A stretch of 64,000 nt of DNA from Phyllosticta citribraziliensis (lineage: Eukaryota): assembly GCF_038025025.1 (NCBI RefSeq), contig NW_027117339.1, positions 2,232,001 through 2,296,000 on the forward strand, read 5' to 3'. Each line of letters opens with the position of its first letter. The stretch's first letter is position 1. This document shows positions 1-12,423 of this stretch, in pieces. The notes under the pieces were generated by a model. That model ran no database searches, was not told where the DNA came from, and was given only the letters and a program-made list of their open reading frames with translations. The position numbers and the translations under genes are program-made.

Positions 1-61
1 CAAAATCTGAAGGGGCTCACGTGTGCCGCTCCCTCAAGCCTTTCAAAAAGCATCCTGCAAC

Positions 62-1462
62 ATGAGAAAATCTTTCGGCTCGCGGCGTGTCCCCCGCAAA
101 ATCGGCCAAGACGACGACGATGATGCCAGCACGACTGGCTCGGGCAACGAAAGCGGCGGTTCAGCACCAGGTGAGTCATCTCTCGCAAGCAGTCTTGTTG
201 TGCAGGTCTAACGTCCTTGGCCAGACAGCTGATGGTAAATTACAGAGCCGGTAGTCAAACGCCCACCCATCGCCGCGAAAACCAAAAAGCGCTCATCCCT
301 ACGCCTGTCATTCGGCCCTGGCGAAGGAGGTGATGGAGGAGAGGAGAAGCATTTCACCCCCAAGAAGAGCAATCTCAGCCGGATCGCTACCGAACGAAAT
401 GCGGAGCGCAAAGCAAGCGGCGGGTTTCGCGCAAGCCTGTCATCCGACAGGTTACCTTCAAGACCAGACATAGGATCTGAAGACCGGCCCAGCTACAGCA
501 AGGAAGCATTGGCAGAGCTTCGCGATTCGACCCCCACAACACCAAAGGATTTGAGCAGTGACCGATCAGAATCGGGAAAGGAGTTGGACATCACCGCGAA
601 ATTTGGGACACTGTCGACGACGCGTACCCCCTCAGCCATTCCAACAGATGCCGAAATACGGGAGAAGAAGGAGCGACGAGCGCGGCTGGCACAGGAGCAC
701 GAGTCGGGATTCATCTCGCTGGACGACAGGGACGAAGAGCACGGCACAATCTACAACGCGGGCAATGCCTACGACAGCGACGACATGGACCGGCCGCGCG
801 ACGTGGCACTGCGCTCCAGCTTCAAGGAGAAGTATCCCGAGACCAGGCTCGTCCCGGACGACGAGGATTTTGCCGAAGGCTTCGAAGAGTTCGTCGACGA
901 CGGCCGCATCAACCTGGGACGCAAGGCCGAGCACGAGGCCGAGCGCAAGCGTCGCAAGGAGATGGCCACCATGATTGCCGAGGCAGAAGGAGGGGCGGAG
1001 GGAGAGTCTGCAGATGACGAGTCCGACGACAGCGAGGCCGAGCGAAACGCGGCGTACGAAGCGGCGCAGACCCGCGCGGGCACGTATGGCCAGCGAGATA
1101 AAGCAAGCACGGATGATACAAGACCACGGACTCCGCCCAAAATCACGCCTCTACCAGAATTGGGCGGCGTACTGGCCCGGCTGAGGGAAAGGCTGAAGGA
1201 GCAGGAGATAATCAAGACGCAAAAAGTGCGGAGGATGCAAGAATTGGTTAGGGAACGGGCCGAGATTGAAAGCCACGAAAAATGGATACAGGAGCAGCTC
1301 AAGGAAGCCGGCGAGAGGTACGAGAAGTTGCGGATTGAGGCTGGAAGCAGTGGTCCGTCTACGACTCCTGTGAACGGGCAAAGCGGAAGCGCTGGAGATG
1401 GCGAGAAAGACCTCGAGGGCTCGGCGGCGAGCACCGATGGCGAAGATGGGGATTCTGAATAA
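62..1462 (+). CDS. NTR2: Nineteen-complex-related protein 2 (spliceosome disassembly factor); exons 62-170, 246-1462
   Basis: ATG at 62. Intron 171-245 (GTGAGT..GCTGAT..TACAG) restores the frame into ORF 509-1462. Motifs KKRSSLRLSFGP, IPTDAEIREKKERRARLA and ERNAAYEAAQTRAG are typical of fungal NTR2-domain proteins. Confidence 0.8.
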
Positions 1463-1690
1463 GGAGTTTCTATACTATGTGGTGGAACATTCTAATGATG
1501 CTGAACTGGAGCGAAAATCCACCAAATCCCCTTGCCTGACCCTGACGTGTTCTGTCCATTGAAGTTAATGCGGGATCTAATGCATTCGAACACTTGCTAG
1601 ATTGCTCTCATGCCACGGAGTCTCCACGTTGAATGCCATTAGATTCATGCAAAGTAATATTTACAAGGCAGCGTCAGCCTACACAGTGGC

Positions 1691-3278
1691 CTACACGGTA
1701 GTCATGACGCTAGCGTTTTGGTACCAGCTAAGAAGGGGGTTTTCTCCACTACGGACCTCGGTGTCCTCTACATACGCCCACCTGCGCATAAAGTCCTCGT
1801 GCGTAAGGACGCGGGTCAGCCTGCCAGTAATGGCGCGGTAGACGTCCTCCATGATTTGAAAGTCGGTTGGGAAGAGTATGTCAAAGTAGCCTTGCTGGAC
1901 CTGTCAGGAGTATTAGACAAAGGACTTCTGGCAATTGTCAGTCGTTGGAAGCTTACCATGGCCGTGGAAACTGGTATCGTTTTCCTCTTGTACCTCGTCT
2001 GGACAACAGGAGCGTTGACACCCTTGATCGTGTCGGGAAGTTCATGGAAGTCGCTCGTCACCAGCTTGTGTGCAGGAAAGTAGTTGTTGAGGATATCAAA
2101 GAATTGCATCAACCTTGTGGGAATGTACTCTGGTTCCGTTAAGGGCGAACCGGTTTGTGGGAGCAAGTTTTTGAAGAGGCGCGAGCCTGATAGGGGTGTC
2201 TTGAAGGCGCGGGTTGCCGCAGCGTCGCGGACCCGGAGAAATCTTGCAGCGACCGGGTCTATGTTCTCGTCGTAGAAGTCGTAAAAGTCCCCTTGGCTGT
2301 CGATTACCACGGAGCCTTGGTAAGCCTTCTCCGTTTCCACGTCGTAGCGGATGCAATCGTGCGCAAAGTTGTCAAAGACTTCGAGAGCGAGAAAGAAGCA
2401 TGGCGAGCTGACGTATTGGTCCCAGTCGAAAATGGAGCGGTTGATGATTTGCACCTTGTTCCAATGACCTCGCGCTGCTGCTGTGCGCTTCAATTGGTGC
2501 ACCTGCAATTCCGCCAGAGACTCTGAAATCTCGATAACGCGGTATTGCGTTCGCTCATAGACCTCTGGATGATGGTCGCGAATGTAGTCGAGTATGTTGA
2601 TCATGAGCGTACCATTTCCGGCACCCATTTCGTATATGAGCAGGTCGTGGTATGGGTATTGCGACAGCTTATAGTTTGTAACGAGGTAGCGGGCAATTGA
2701 TTCGCCATAGTACGGGCGAAAGAGCTCCGTCGGTGTGTGCCATAATTGCCGCACATCGTCCTTGTCCTGCTCGTCAAGCTGATCCTCGAACTGGGTATAT
2801 CTTTCGCCGAGTATGCGCTGGAATTCGGGCTCGTCTTTGATTGCGTTGAAGTTGAAGGGTTCGCCGGGGTGGAAGATGACTACTTGTTTGGAGAAATAGC
2901 CATAGCTTGGGTTGTATAAGCTGTCTGGGCACCACATCAGTCAACAATCGCTCGCGGCTGAGTGCGTTGCCTGGTACCTTCAATGAAATCACGCATGAGC
3001 ATCTTGACCCTCTTTGGCCTATGCTTCCTGGTCCGGAGGGTCTGGGCCGTGACCCAGTTGTACTTTTCAAGCTCCCCAATCCTGTCTTCTGGGAATTTCT
3101 CCGGTCGGGGCACCCATTTCTCCACATCCTCCTCCTTCACTTTGGAACGCCCTCCCCGCGATTCAAAGAGGCCCCGACGCTGGGTGCGGGCCACTTGGAG
3201 GGACCCTGTGCGCAGACATCGACTGGCACGATGGGAAAACAGTTGGCGGAAAAGAGAATTGACGAGCGGCGAGTCCAT
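1691..3278 (-). CDS. Mitochondrial SAM-dependent methyltransferase, NDUFAF7/MidA (DUF185) family; exons 3278-2978, 2924-1957, 1900-1691
   Basis: Spliced product contains MRDFIEDSLYNPSYGYFSK, IYEMGAGNGTL (SAM motif), ALEVFDNF and VQQGYFDILFPTDF. Arg-rich presequence-like N-terminus; canonical GT-AG introns. Confidence 0.88.
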
Positions 3279-3602
3279 GAGCAGTTGTCGGAGACGAGAG
3301 AGGACGTGGAGGATCGCTTGCTGCCAGGTGTGGATGGGCGCGTGGGGACTCCGCGTGAGAGTCGTCAGTGGCCGTTGCGGCTGTCTGTGGCTTGACCGGC
3401 CCGAGCTCCCTGGCACAGCTGGCGTTCACCAGCCACAGTTGCATGACAAAAAGTCAAACCGGACCCTGTTTCGACCAACCATCCACAGGACTGGAGAGGC
3501 GGGGAACAAGGCCAGGAATCAGTACTCAGCTGGTCGCTCAGATGAGGTCGAAGAGTTTTCAAAAGTGCTGAAAGATCCGACACGCAAAGCACACTGAAGA
3601 GC

Positions 3603-4949
3603 ATGGATTCGTCGCCCAACAATACCAGACTCTGGGTCCTAGGCGCCTTTCTTGCTGGAATTCTCCTCACCCTGGGCTACAAAGATGTGTATCCCGACCT
3701 GGAGCGCCGCTTCCAGAGATCTCGTCGACGATCGTCAGTAGTCCTGGACAAAGACGCAGCCCGCGGCACCAGCACAGTCCAGCTCACAGATAATTCCCGG
3801 CGGCAGTCCATTGCTGGACCACATGAACAAGAGATCGCTGAAGGCATCGAAGGCTGCATAGGCAACACTCCGCTCATCAAAATCAAGTCGCTTTCAGATT
3901 TCACCGGCTGCGAGATCCTTGCTAAAGCCGAATTCCTCAATGGCGCTGGCAACAGCCCCAAAGACCGGGTTGCGCTCAACATCATCCGCATGGCCGAAGA
4001 GGAGGGCCTCTTGACGCCACACTCTGGCGATATGATCTACGAGGGGACTGTCGGAAGCACTGGCATCTCGCTCGCCGCCATCTGTCGCGCACGGGGCTAC
4101 TTGGCTCACATCTGCATGCCCAACGACCAAGCATTGGAAAAGTCGGATCTGCTCGAGAAGCTGGGCGCGGAGGTCGAAAGACTCCGACCAGCGCCGATTG
4201 TGGATCAGAACCAGTTTGTCAACAAGGCAAAAGCAAGAGCAATCGAACACACGAATGATCCCAACAAGCCTGGCAGAGGCATCTTCGCCGATCAGTTTGA
4301 GACGGACGCCAATTGGCGAGCGCACTATGAAGGAACCGGGCCGGAGATCTATCGCCAAATGAGCGGCGTACTCGATGGTTTTGTTACAGGTGCTGGGACT
4401 GGTGGCACCATCTCGGGTGTTGCACTTTACCTCAAGCCGAGAATACCTGAACTCAAGGTTGTTCTCGCCGACCCACAAGGAAGCGGACTGTTCAACAGGG
4501 TCAAGTACGGCGTGATGTTTGACCCCAAGGAGAGAGAAGGCACGAGGAGGAGACACCAAGTTGACACCATTGTAGAGGGTGTCGGCATCAACCGCGTGAC
4601 TCGTAACTTTGAAGCTGGAAGGGAGCTGGTAGATGATGCGGTTCGTGTCACCGATGAGCAAGCCATGGCAATGGCGCGATGGCTCGTCGAAAAAGACGGC
4701 ATCTTTTGCGGAAGCAGCAGCGCTGTGAACTGTGTTGCCGTCACCAAGGCAGCTCTGCAGATGGGACCGGGACATCGGCTGGTTACTATCCTATGTGATA
4801 GGTGAGTCAATACTCGTCTTCCTTTTACTCATTCTAACATATGGATCAGTGGAACGAGACATCTCAGCAAGTTCTGGAAACATGCAGGGTCAATTGGCAG
4901 CAAGGATGATCTGACCCTGGACGAGGTTCTCAATGCAGGGTCTCCATAA
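3603..4949 (+). CDS. PLP-dependent cysteine synthase-like protein with N-terminal membrane anchor (yeast MCY1 / S. pombe Cys12 type); exons 3603-4801, 4850-4949
   Basis: IGNTPLI, SPKDRVA (PLP lysine), GAGTGGT; spliced C-terminus ILCDSGTRHLSKFW; hydrophobic LWVLGAFLAGILLTLGY. Confidence 0.9.
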
Positions 4950-5154
4950 ACTAAGCTACATGAAAAGTCTGCTAGGAACATACTAGACCAGCCATCCCAG
5001 GAGACGTAAATTTCAAGTCATACATGATCACGCACTCTTGAGCAGAAAATGAAAAGGGTATCGTGTGGACAAAAGCAGAACCTGCCAACACTCTTCAGAA
5101 ACGAATTCCACATGGTACGCTCGCAACCCCACGCTCTACGTCACATGGCATTGC

Positions 5155-6624
5155 TCAATTGAACTTGGCGATCCGCGCCTCCAAATCCCTGACCCAGTCG
5201 CCAACCGTTTTGATGTTGTTTTGCAACGTGCCTTCGCCACTGTTCAGGTTCTCTTCCACCTTGGCCAAGGCCTCGCGCCATTGTCTGATCTCCTCTGCTT
5301 GCTCGCCTTGTCGCTTCTCCAAATCGTCGAGAGTAGCACTCGCCGTGCCGGCACTTGTGTGGATCAGACGTAGGGTGCGAAGACGATCCAAGATCAGCGG
5401 CAGTGTGGGTGAAAGCTGTTCGATGGTTGCCAAAGTGCCATACAATGCGTTAATTTTGGCCACTCGCTCAGGATCTTCAATGTAAGCACCACTGATCTCA
5501 GGAAGCTCGGCGATCGGTGGAGTGTCGCTTGACTGGCGCGTCTGCACCGGAGACGACACGGCCTCCTGTGACGCTCGCACAGCTTTGCGAGCCTCCTCAA
5601 GGCGTTCGGCTTCTTGGGTGAGCTTCTGCACGCGACGGGAGGCTGCGTCAAGCGAGTTGGTGGACACATCGGTGATGGTTGTCAGCTGACGCTCGAGAGT
5701 TTCGAGATTGTGCAGTATGGCCTTTGGCGGATTGGAAGCGATGTCGGGCATGTTGGTGGCGTTGAGACCCAAGGACTTTTCGATTTGGGACAGGCGAGAG
5801 TCGAAATCCGACACTTTGGCAAGCGCCTGGGCTGATTGTTGCGAGTCTTTGGTCGTGACGAGTGTCTGCTGCGGAATTGACGCGTCTGCTGAAGGAGTAG
5901 GTGCCAATCGGGCGAATTTCTTCAAGGTCCTTTCGAACTGCGCTTCGGCCCCCCTGACTCCACCGTGCCGCTGCGTGTATACGGCATCCAGCATTTCGCT
6001 CAGCTTTGCAATACCCTCTGCTGGATCCTCTTCCTCGACGCCTTCATGATTGGCCGTCTCGTCTTGACCGTCCTCCTGACCACCCGAATTCCTGAGCTCG
6101 TACTCTTGTTTGACTTCTTCCACCTCTCTCCGTAGCCTTGCCAGCTTGCGCCCAAGATCTTCGTCCTCGTCATCGCTCAGGTCACCGTATTCGTAACTTG
6201 CGTGACTACTGCTGCGCGGTCGGCGGCGGGAAGACGTACGATAGGAGCGACGCTGGTAGCGAATGCGGTCCGAGAAATCGACTCCACGAGCATCTACTCG
6301 TGAAGAGGAGAATTGTGTGCGTGCTTGGTCGGTTGAGATCTTCCGGCGGTCAATGCCTGATATGACACCTTCGGAGTCGTCCGTGAAATCAGAGGCCTGT
6401 GATGGAGAACGCGCCGTTGAACTCTTCAGATATCAAGTCAGTCGAGATTTTCTGGAAGTGATTTACAGAGCCCTCACTTGAACTGTCGTGTCCTCGGTCA
6501 GCTCTGGCGTCTCGTAAATATCTGGCGCCGTGTCCTTCGTTGACGTTAGCTTGAGTAGGCTCCGTGCATCGACAGAGCAACTTACAAGGCCTGGCAAGTT
6601 CTTGTATTTGTGACTCTGAGCCAT
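5155..6624 (-). CDS. DCTN2: Dynactin subunit 2 (dynamitin/p50); exons 6624-6586, 6534-6478, 6423-5155
   Basis: Spliced N-terminus MAQSHKYKNLPGL-DTAPDIYETPELTED, VDARGVDFSDRI, coiled coils, LPLILDRLRTLRLIH. Confidence 0.88.
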
Positions 6625-7904
6625 GACGAAGACTGGGGTGGGATGGTGGTTTGGGCGTGTGGGTAGGATTTGAGGTGAACTGGGACCCGACCCGGACGCG
6701 TCTGGGGAACATGGTCCGTGCACAGTCAACCCACCTTCACGCGCACGGCCATATCCGATTGCGAGGCGCATTGCAGAGAGGCAGAGAGCGACTTGAGTGG
6801 TTAAGCTCGCCGTATTCTGCCTGAACGTCGTCTAGATTCTGTAGACGTCTCCAAATTTTTCTTCGGTTCACATTGGGCAGGACTCTGAGGATAGTCCGAT
6901 GGAAAGGAGATGGTCTTGAGCAAGAGCAGAGCGCTGGAAGCTACCAGCTGCCACTTGATTGAATTTGAACTGGAAATGCCTCAAGAGGCTGATCACCCTA
7001 AATCCCGCACATCCTCCAGGGAGCCCCAACAAATCCGAGTCTACCCTTGTCCTCCATATCACCCATCATGCGCACCTTGTCTGCTGTCTTCGTCTCCCCA
7101 ACAAGATTGAGAGCAAAAAGCTGGGAGCAGGTTGGTGTGCGCTGCTCGCTGAGATCTCCATGTAGAACGACAGCTCTGAAAAAGCTCGCGACATGTTCAT
7201 GTGTTGCAGCCGAAGCGCATCCATTGCGACAACATGGAGGCTAAGCACATCGCCTGCACTCGAGTTTCCACAGGCCCGCGCACTCGAGTTTTCGATGGCC
7301 AAATATGAAGGGCAACCCGTACAGTTCTGTTCTCGGAAAAGCAGGTGTTCAAGACGCAGCGCGGTGCTCGATGTCATCACACCTAAAACTTGTGAGCAAG
7401 AGTCTTGCTGGCCCCGTCCATCGGGTCAAGCCCAACTCGTGGCCAGACACAAGATGTTGTCGATTCGCGAATGGAACATGTCGATGTAAGTTACAAAATA
7501 CGCCTCTTTCGCCGGGGGAGCGGTTCCGCCCAGAAGCATGGAACCTCGGGTACCTAGGCCGTGGTTCGCCTTTGCGTCATGCCGGCTGCAGCGAGCGATT
7601 TGCAGCCATCTCAATTGATGGCCATGGTCCGCCCGTGACGATGCGAAATCCGACGCGAAATGGAAGACGACGAGGGCGACGATGTTGAGGGGCCCGGCTG
7701 TTGGTGGTGCGGAGGAAAGGGACGGCATGGGGTGACGTTGAAATAAGTCTGCCGTAGTTCGGTTGGGCAAGCCCCCGAAAAGACCTAACCTGCGAAGGCA
7801 CGAACAGCATCAGACCATGGCCCTGCAAGAGCGCATCGCGCCTTGCACAGAATGAGTCGCTTGGAGGTGGCATTCGACAGATTTCTGCTGCTGCGATCCA
7901 TCTC

Positions 7905-10900
7905 ATGTCATTCTTTAGCCCCAACCGCTTCATTCCCAGCGCTGCGCGGTTCTCACTCATCACGAGCACACCCTACCGGGCCTTGAAGAACATGTTCGCC
8001 GCCGAGACGAGCACAGAGAATGATGCGACAGAATCGCACTCATATCTCCTCAATACCACCCATGATCTCCTCGAAGACCGTTTGGCGGCGAAAGAATCTG
8101 AAGAACTTGGCCTCACCTTGAAGGACCCGCATATCGATCCCGTTTCATACGGCGGCTTCGATCAAGGCAGCATCTACGACCGCTACGATGAGTCGGGGCC
8201 TTCCTCAGTACAACCTGGCGAGAACAATGACTTTTCTGAGCCAGGCGGGAGTCATATGAGTATTCGGGATGAGATTGATGAGCGTGGTCGCGGGTTGGAC
8301 GGCGCCATGGACCACGATCATGCCAACATGGTGGACGCGAATCAACTCGACCAACTCGAAAATCTCACCGAACCACACATGGACATCGACAATGATGAAA
8401 TGGACATGTACCACCATGTCTCAGATGACCGCAAGATGAATTCCCAGGCGCCTGTGTTCCACACCAAGGAACAGGCCGATCTTTCGAACAATGTGGATGG
8501 ACCTGCGAATGTCCTCGCATCCAATGAGGCAAAAGACCGGAAAGCTCCTGTCCTTCTTTCACGCGTTTCCCGCCAGACCTCTCATGGCGACATGGAAACG
8601 CCAAAGTCATCGGACTATTCCATCAAACAAGACTCTCCAGGCATTACTGCAGCGCGCGCAAGCCATACGTCATTAGGGAAGAAGCCAGCTCCCTTCAAGG
8701 CCAAATCGTCGATACCTGCCACCATTCCAGTGCTTGAGCTTGCGCGCCAATGCATCTTGGCTGCACAATCTTCCCGATTGAACCCATTCGCACTACACCC
8801 GGGCGAATATGCACTCCTCCGAGACCACATTACGCACTCGCAAGTCACCGTATACCTCAATATTCGCAACGCAATCCTGCGACTGTGGACGAGGAACCCA
8901 CTAGTTTCCGTGACAAAGGCAGAGGCAGCGGGCTGCGCCCGAGATTCAAGATATTTTCCCATGTCGCAAGTAGCGTACAAATGGCTTGTAAGAAACGGAT
9001 ACATCAACTACGGCTGCGTCGAACTTGAAAATACAGCAGGATCAATACCCCGAGCCAAAGCCAAAGCCGGGAGACGGAAAACCATTGTCGTCATCGGAGC
9101 TGGCATGGCTGGCCTTGGCTGTGCGCGACACCTGGAGGGCCTGGTGGCACAACTTGGAGACCATTGGACCAACCAGGGAGAGAAACCACCCAAAGTTGTC
9201 GTCTTGGAGGGACGCAAACGCATTGGTGGTCGTGTATACTCGCATCCACTGAAGAAACAAGAAGGCAATTCCCTGCCACCAGGAGTCCGGAACACGGTCG
9301 AGATGGGCGCACAAATCATTACAGGCTTTGAGCATGGAAATCCATTGAATTGCATCATCCGGGGACAACTGGCTCTTCATTACCACTCTCTCAAAGATGA
9401 CACGAAAATTTATGACGTTGATGGAAAGGTTGTCGATTATGAAGGGGACATTCGCGTGGAGAAACTGTACAATGATATCCTCGAGCGGGCCAGCCATCAC
9501 AGGAACAAACCACCTCCAGCAAAGACGGTGGAAGGCGACCGGCGTCTCATCCAGCTGGGTCGCGATCCCAACCACGAGTCTGGAGAATTGATCTCGTCAC
9601 TGGAGGATTCGGGCGCTTCGAAACCAGTGGCGACACAGACCAATCGCAAGCAAGCCCTCAATCCCAACGCTCTCATGGGGGTTGAGAAATCAGCCGGAAG
9701 AAACTACACGCTCGCACCCGGCTCCGGAGCCAATGTATCAGCAGCTGAGGCCGCGAAAAACATGGGATGGCAGCTCAAGTCGAATACTCCTCTGAGTGAT
9801 AACCTGAAGCTCGAATCCGTCACCGAAGCATCTCCGCATCCAACTCTGGGGGCGACCATGGATGAAGCTGTCAGACAGTACAAGAACATGGTTGAAATGA
9901 CGCCGAAGGACATGAGACTATTCAACTGGCATCATGCGAACATGGAATATTCGAATGCCGCACATGTTGGCCAGCTGAGCCTCGGCGGCTGGGACCAGGA
10001 CATTGGTAATGAATTCGAGGGTGCTCACTCTCAGATCATTGGCGGATACCTACAGGTGCCGCGAGGGCTCTGGCAGTGCCCATCGAGACTCGACGTGCGT
10101 TTCAACAAGGCTGTCAAGTCGGTGCGCCAGCCGGACGAGCTCTACGTTGTGGAGTGCGAGAATGGAGAATCTTTCGAGGCCGACGAAGTCGTGGTCACAA
10201 CTCCTCTGGGAGTGTTGAAGCGGGGCGGCGTTACCTTCGATCCCCCGTTGCCGCCATGGAAAACTGGTCCGATTGAGCGCCTCGGTTTTGGACTGCTCAA
10301 CAAGGTATTTTGCTCGGACAAGGCTACGTAGCAGACGCGCTGACCAGAGTAGATTATACTCGTGTACGACACCCCCTTCTGGGAAAGCGAGCGCGACATG
10401 TTCGGCCTACTGAACGAAGCGGAAATGCGAGACAGTATGGATCAGAGAGACTACGAAAAGCGTAGAGGAAGATTCTGGCTGTTTTGGAACTGCATCAAGA
10501 CAAGTGGCCGACCAACGCTAGTGGCTTTGATGGCCGGCAGCGCAGCGCACGATACCGAGGTGGCAAACAATCACTCGCTGATCGAGGAGGTCACGGCACG
10601 GTTGTCGCAGATATTTGCGCCAAAGAGGGTGCCTCCCCCACAAGAAGTCATCGTCACGAGATGGAAAAAGGATCGGTTTGCGGGTGGGAGCTACTCGTAC
10701 ATGGGGGCTCTTGCGCAGGCGGGCGACTACGACGCCATGGCCAGACCGATTGGTTCGCTCCACTTCGCGGGCGAAGCCACGTGTGGAACACACCCGGCCA
10801 CGGTGCATGGGGCTTACCTCTCCGGCCTTCGAGCGGCATCCGAAGTGGTCGAGTCGATGGTAGGAGCCATCGAAGTGCCGCATCCGCTGGTGGAGTCGAA

Positions 10901-11462
10901 GATGAAAAATGAGACGCCGCCAACCACGACGGGGTCCAAACGCCCCATGGAGGAAGCAGACTCTGCTGACGCAAGGAACGTCAGGCGGGCGTTGAACGAG
11001 GAGCTTGAGGCGTCCATCATCAGCGCCATTCTCGAGCAAATTGGAGAGCGGCCTGTCAAGCCCGAGAGAACAGGCAACAACCCCTATCTCCTATACACGC
11101 GCGACCACTGGCACACGACCAAGGCCGAATGCGACGAGAAGCGACGAGAAGCGACGAAGGACCCAAACGCCAAGGCATCAAAGGACCAAATTCGGTCGAT
11201 GCTTGGGGCCAAATGGCGCAACGCCATTAAGGAGGTTCAACAACCGTACATTGACCACGCCACCAGGCTCAAGGAGGCGAGCGCAAATGCGACGGCGCAG
11301 TACAAGGAGAAGGCAGGCGTGTGGGATCGTGAGGCTGAGAGGATCCGGAAGGAGTTGGTTGCCAGCAGCGGGATACCCGGCGCCAAGGAAGCGCTGCTGT
11401 TCAACGGCAAGACGGCGATTGAAGAGGGGGGAAGTAGAAGAGAGCGGCGAAGTGCTTTGTAA
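7905..11462 (+). CDS. LSD1: Flavin-dependent lysine-specific histone demethylase (SWIRM + amine oxidase + C-terminal HMG box); intron 10305-10352; start may instead be the ATG near 7992
   Basis: SWIRM YLNIRNAILRLW...WLVRNGYINYG; FAD motif VIGAGMAGL; RIGGRV; FAGEATCGTHPATVHGAYLSGLRAA; HMG-like NPYLLY...LGAKWR. Confidence 0.92.
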
Positions 11463-12423
11463 TGGGTGGACATGATTGATTAAAGCGTAGCATTTTCTGG
11501 GTTTGTACGAAGCGGGTCAGGAACCGGGGACGACGGGAGGGAACTAGCTGTGTGACGTGCAGGGTGTTCGCAAACCAACTGGCGGTGGCATTGTTTCTTT
11601 TTGCTGATGCATGGAAGGCGGGGTCGAGCGCATGAAGAAGCAAAAAGAGCCTGTAGCGTCGAGTGGAGAGAGACGGCCGAGACGCAGGCACGGCGGGGAT
11701 AGGCACGTCATGCGACGCACCCAGCGTGCCGGCGATGTGAGGACGGTTCGGTACTTGTTCGTAGAGCATGCACTTGTGTTGTACCTTTCCATCCGTCGCA
11801 TCAACACCATCAGGGACCTGGCTGCGCAGTACTCCGCTCGGCCCACCCGTCGTTGGATCATGGGGTGGACGCCGAGGATTCGTGTGAAGTGGCGGGCTTG
11901 TCAGGTCGTGAGAGGCGACGGGGAGTCGAGCATTTCGCTCAACCGCGTCTGGCTTGTCATATTCTGCCCCGGCCGCCTGCAGCATTCATCCGCAACCGCA
12001 GCGACAGGAGGAGCCGTCCGGTGCGGTGCCCGTGGTGGGTGACGGGGACGACCTGACGTCGGTCGGCCTGGGCTGTGCCGCAGCCAACGACCGACACGAG
12101 GCCTGAGGCCGACGACTTGACCATGCACCAGCGCGCAACCACTGCACCGCATCCCCTCTCTCCCAGGTCGCACCTCAACCCCCATCTCACCTCTGTTCTT
12201 CTCTCCCCAACCATCCCGAGTCGTTCGTTTCTCCAGACCAGAGCCCCGGCCGTCCACGCCTGCAACCCCCACTCATGCCCTGCTGTGCTCCCAGAACCCT
12301 CTGTTCCCTGCGCCCTCGACCAGCCGCACCCGCACCCGCTGCGACTGAGGTGTGAGCCATCCGCTGTCGTCACCGCTGCCACGGACCTTGCGGCCTCGCC
12401 CTGCTCTGCGCCGCTCCCCGACA

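Noticed and set aside
6800..7900. Short ORFs between dynamitin and LSD1
   Set aside because: No motif, codon bias or consistent splice pattern; likely a divergent promoter region.
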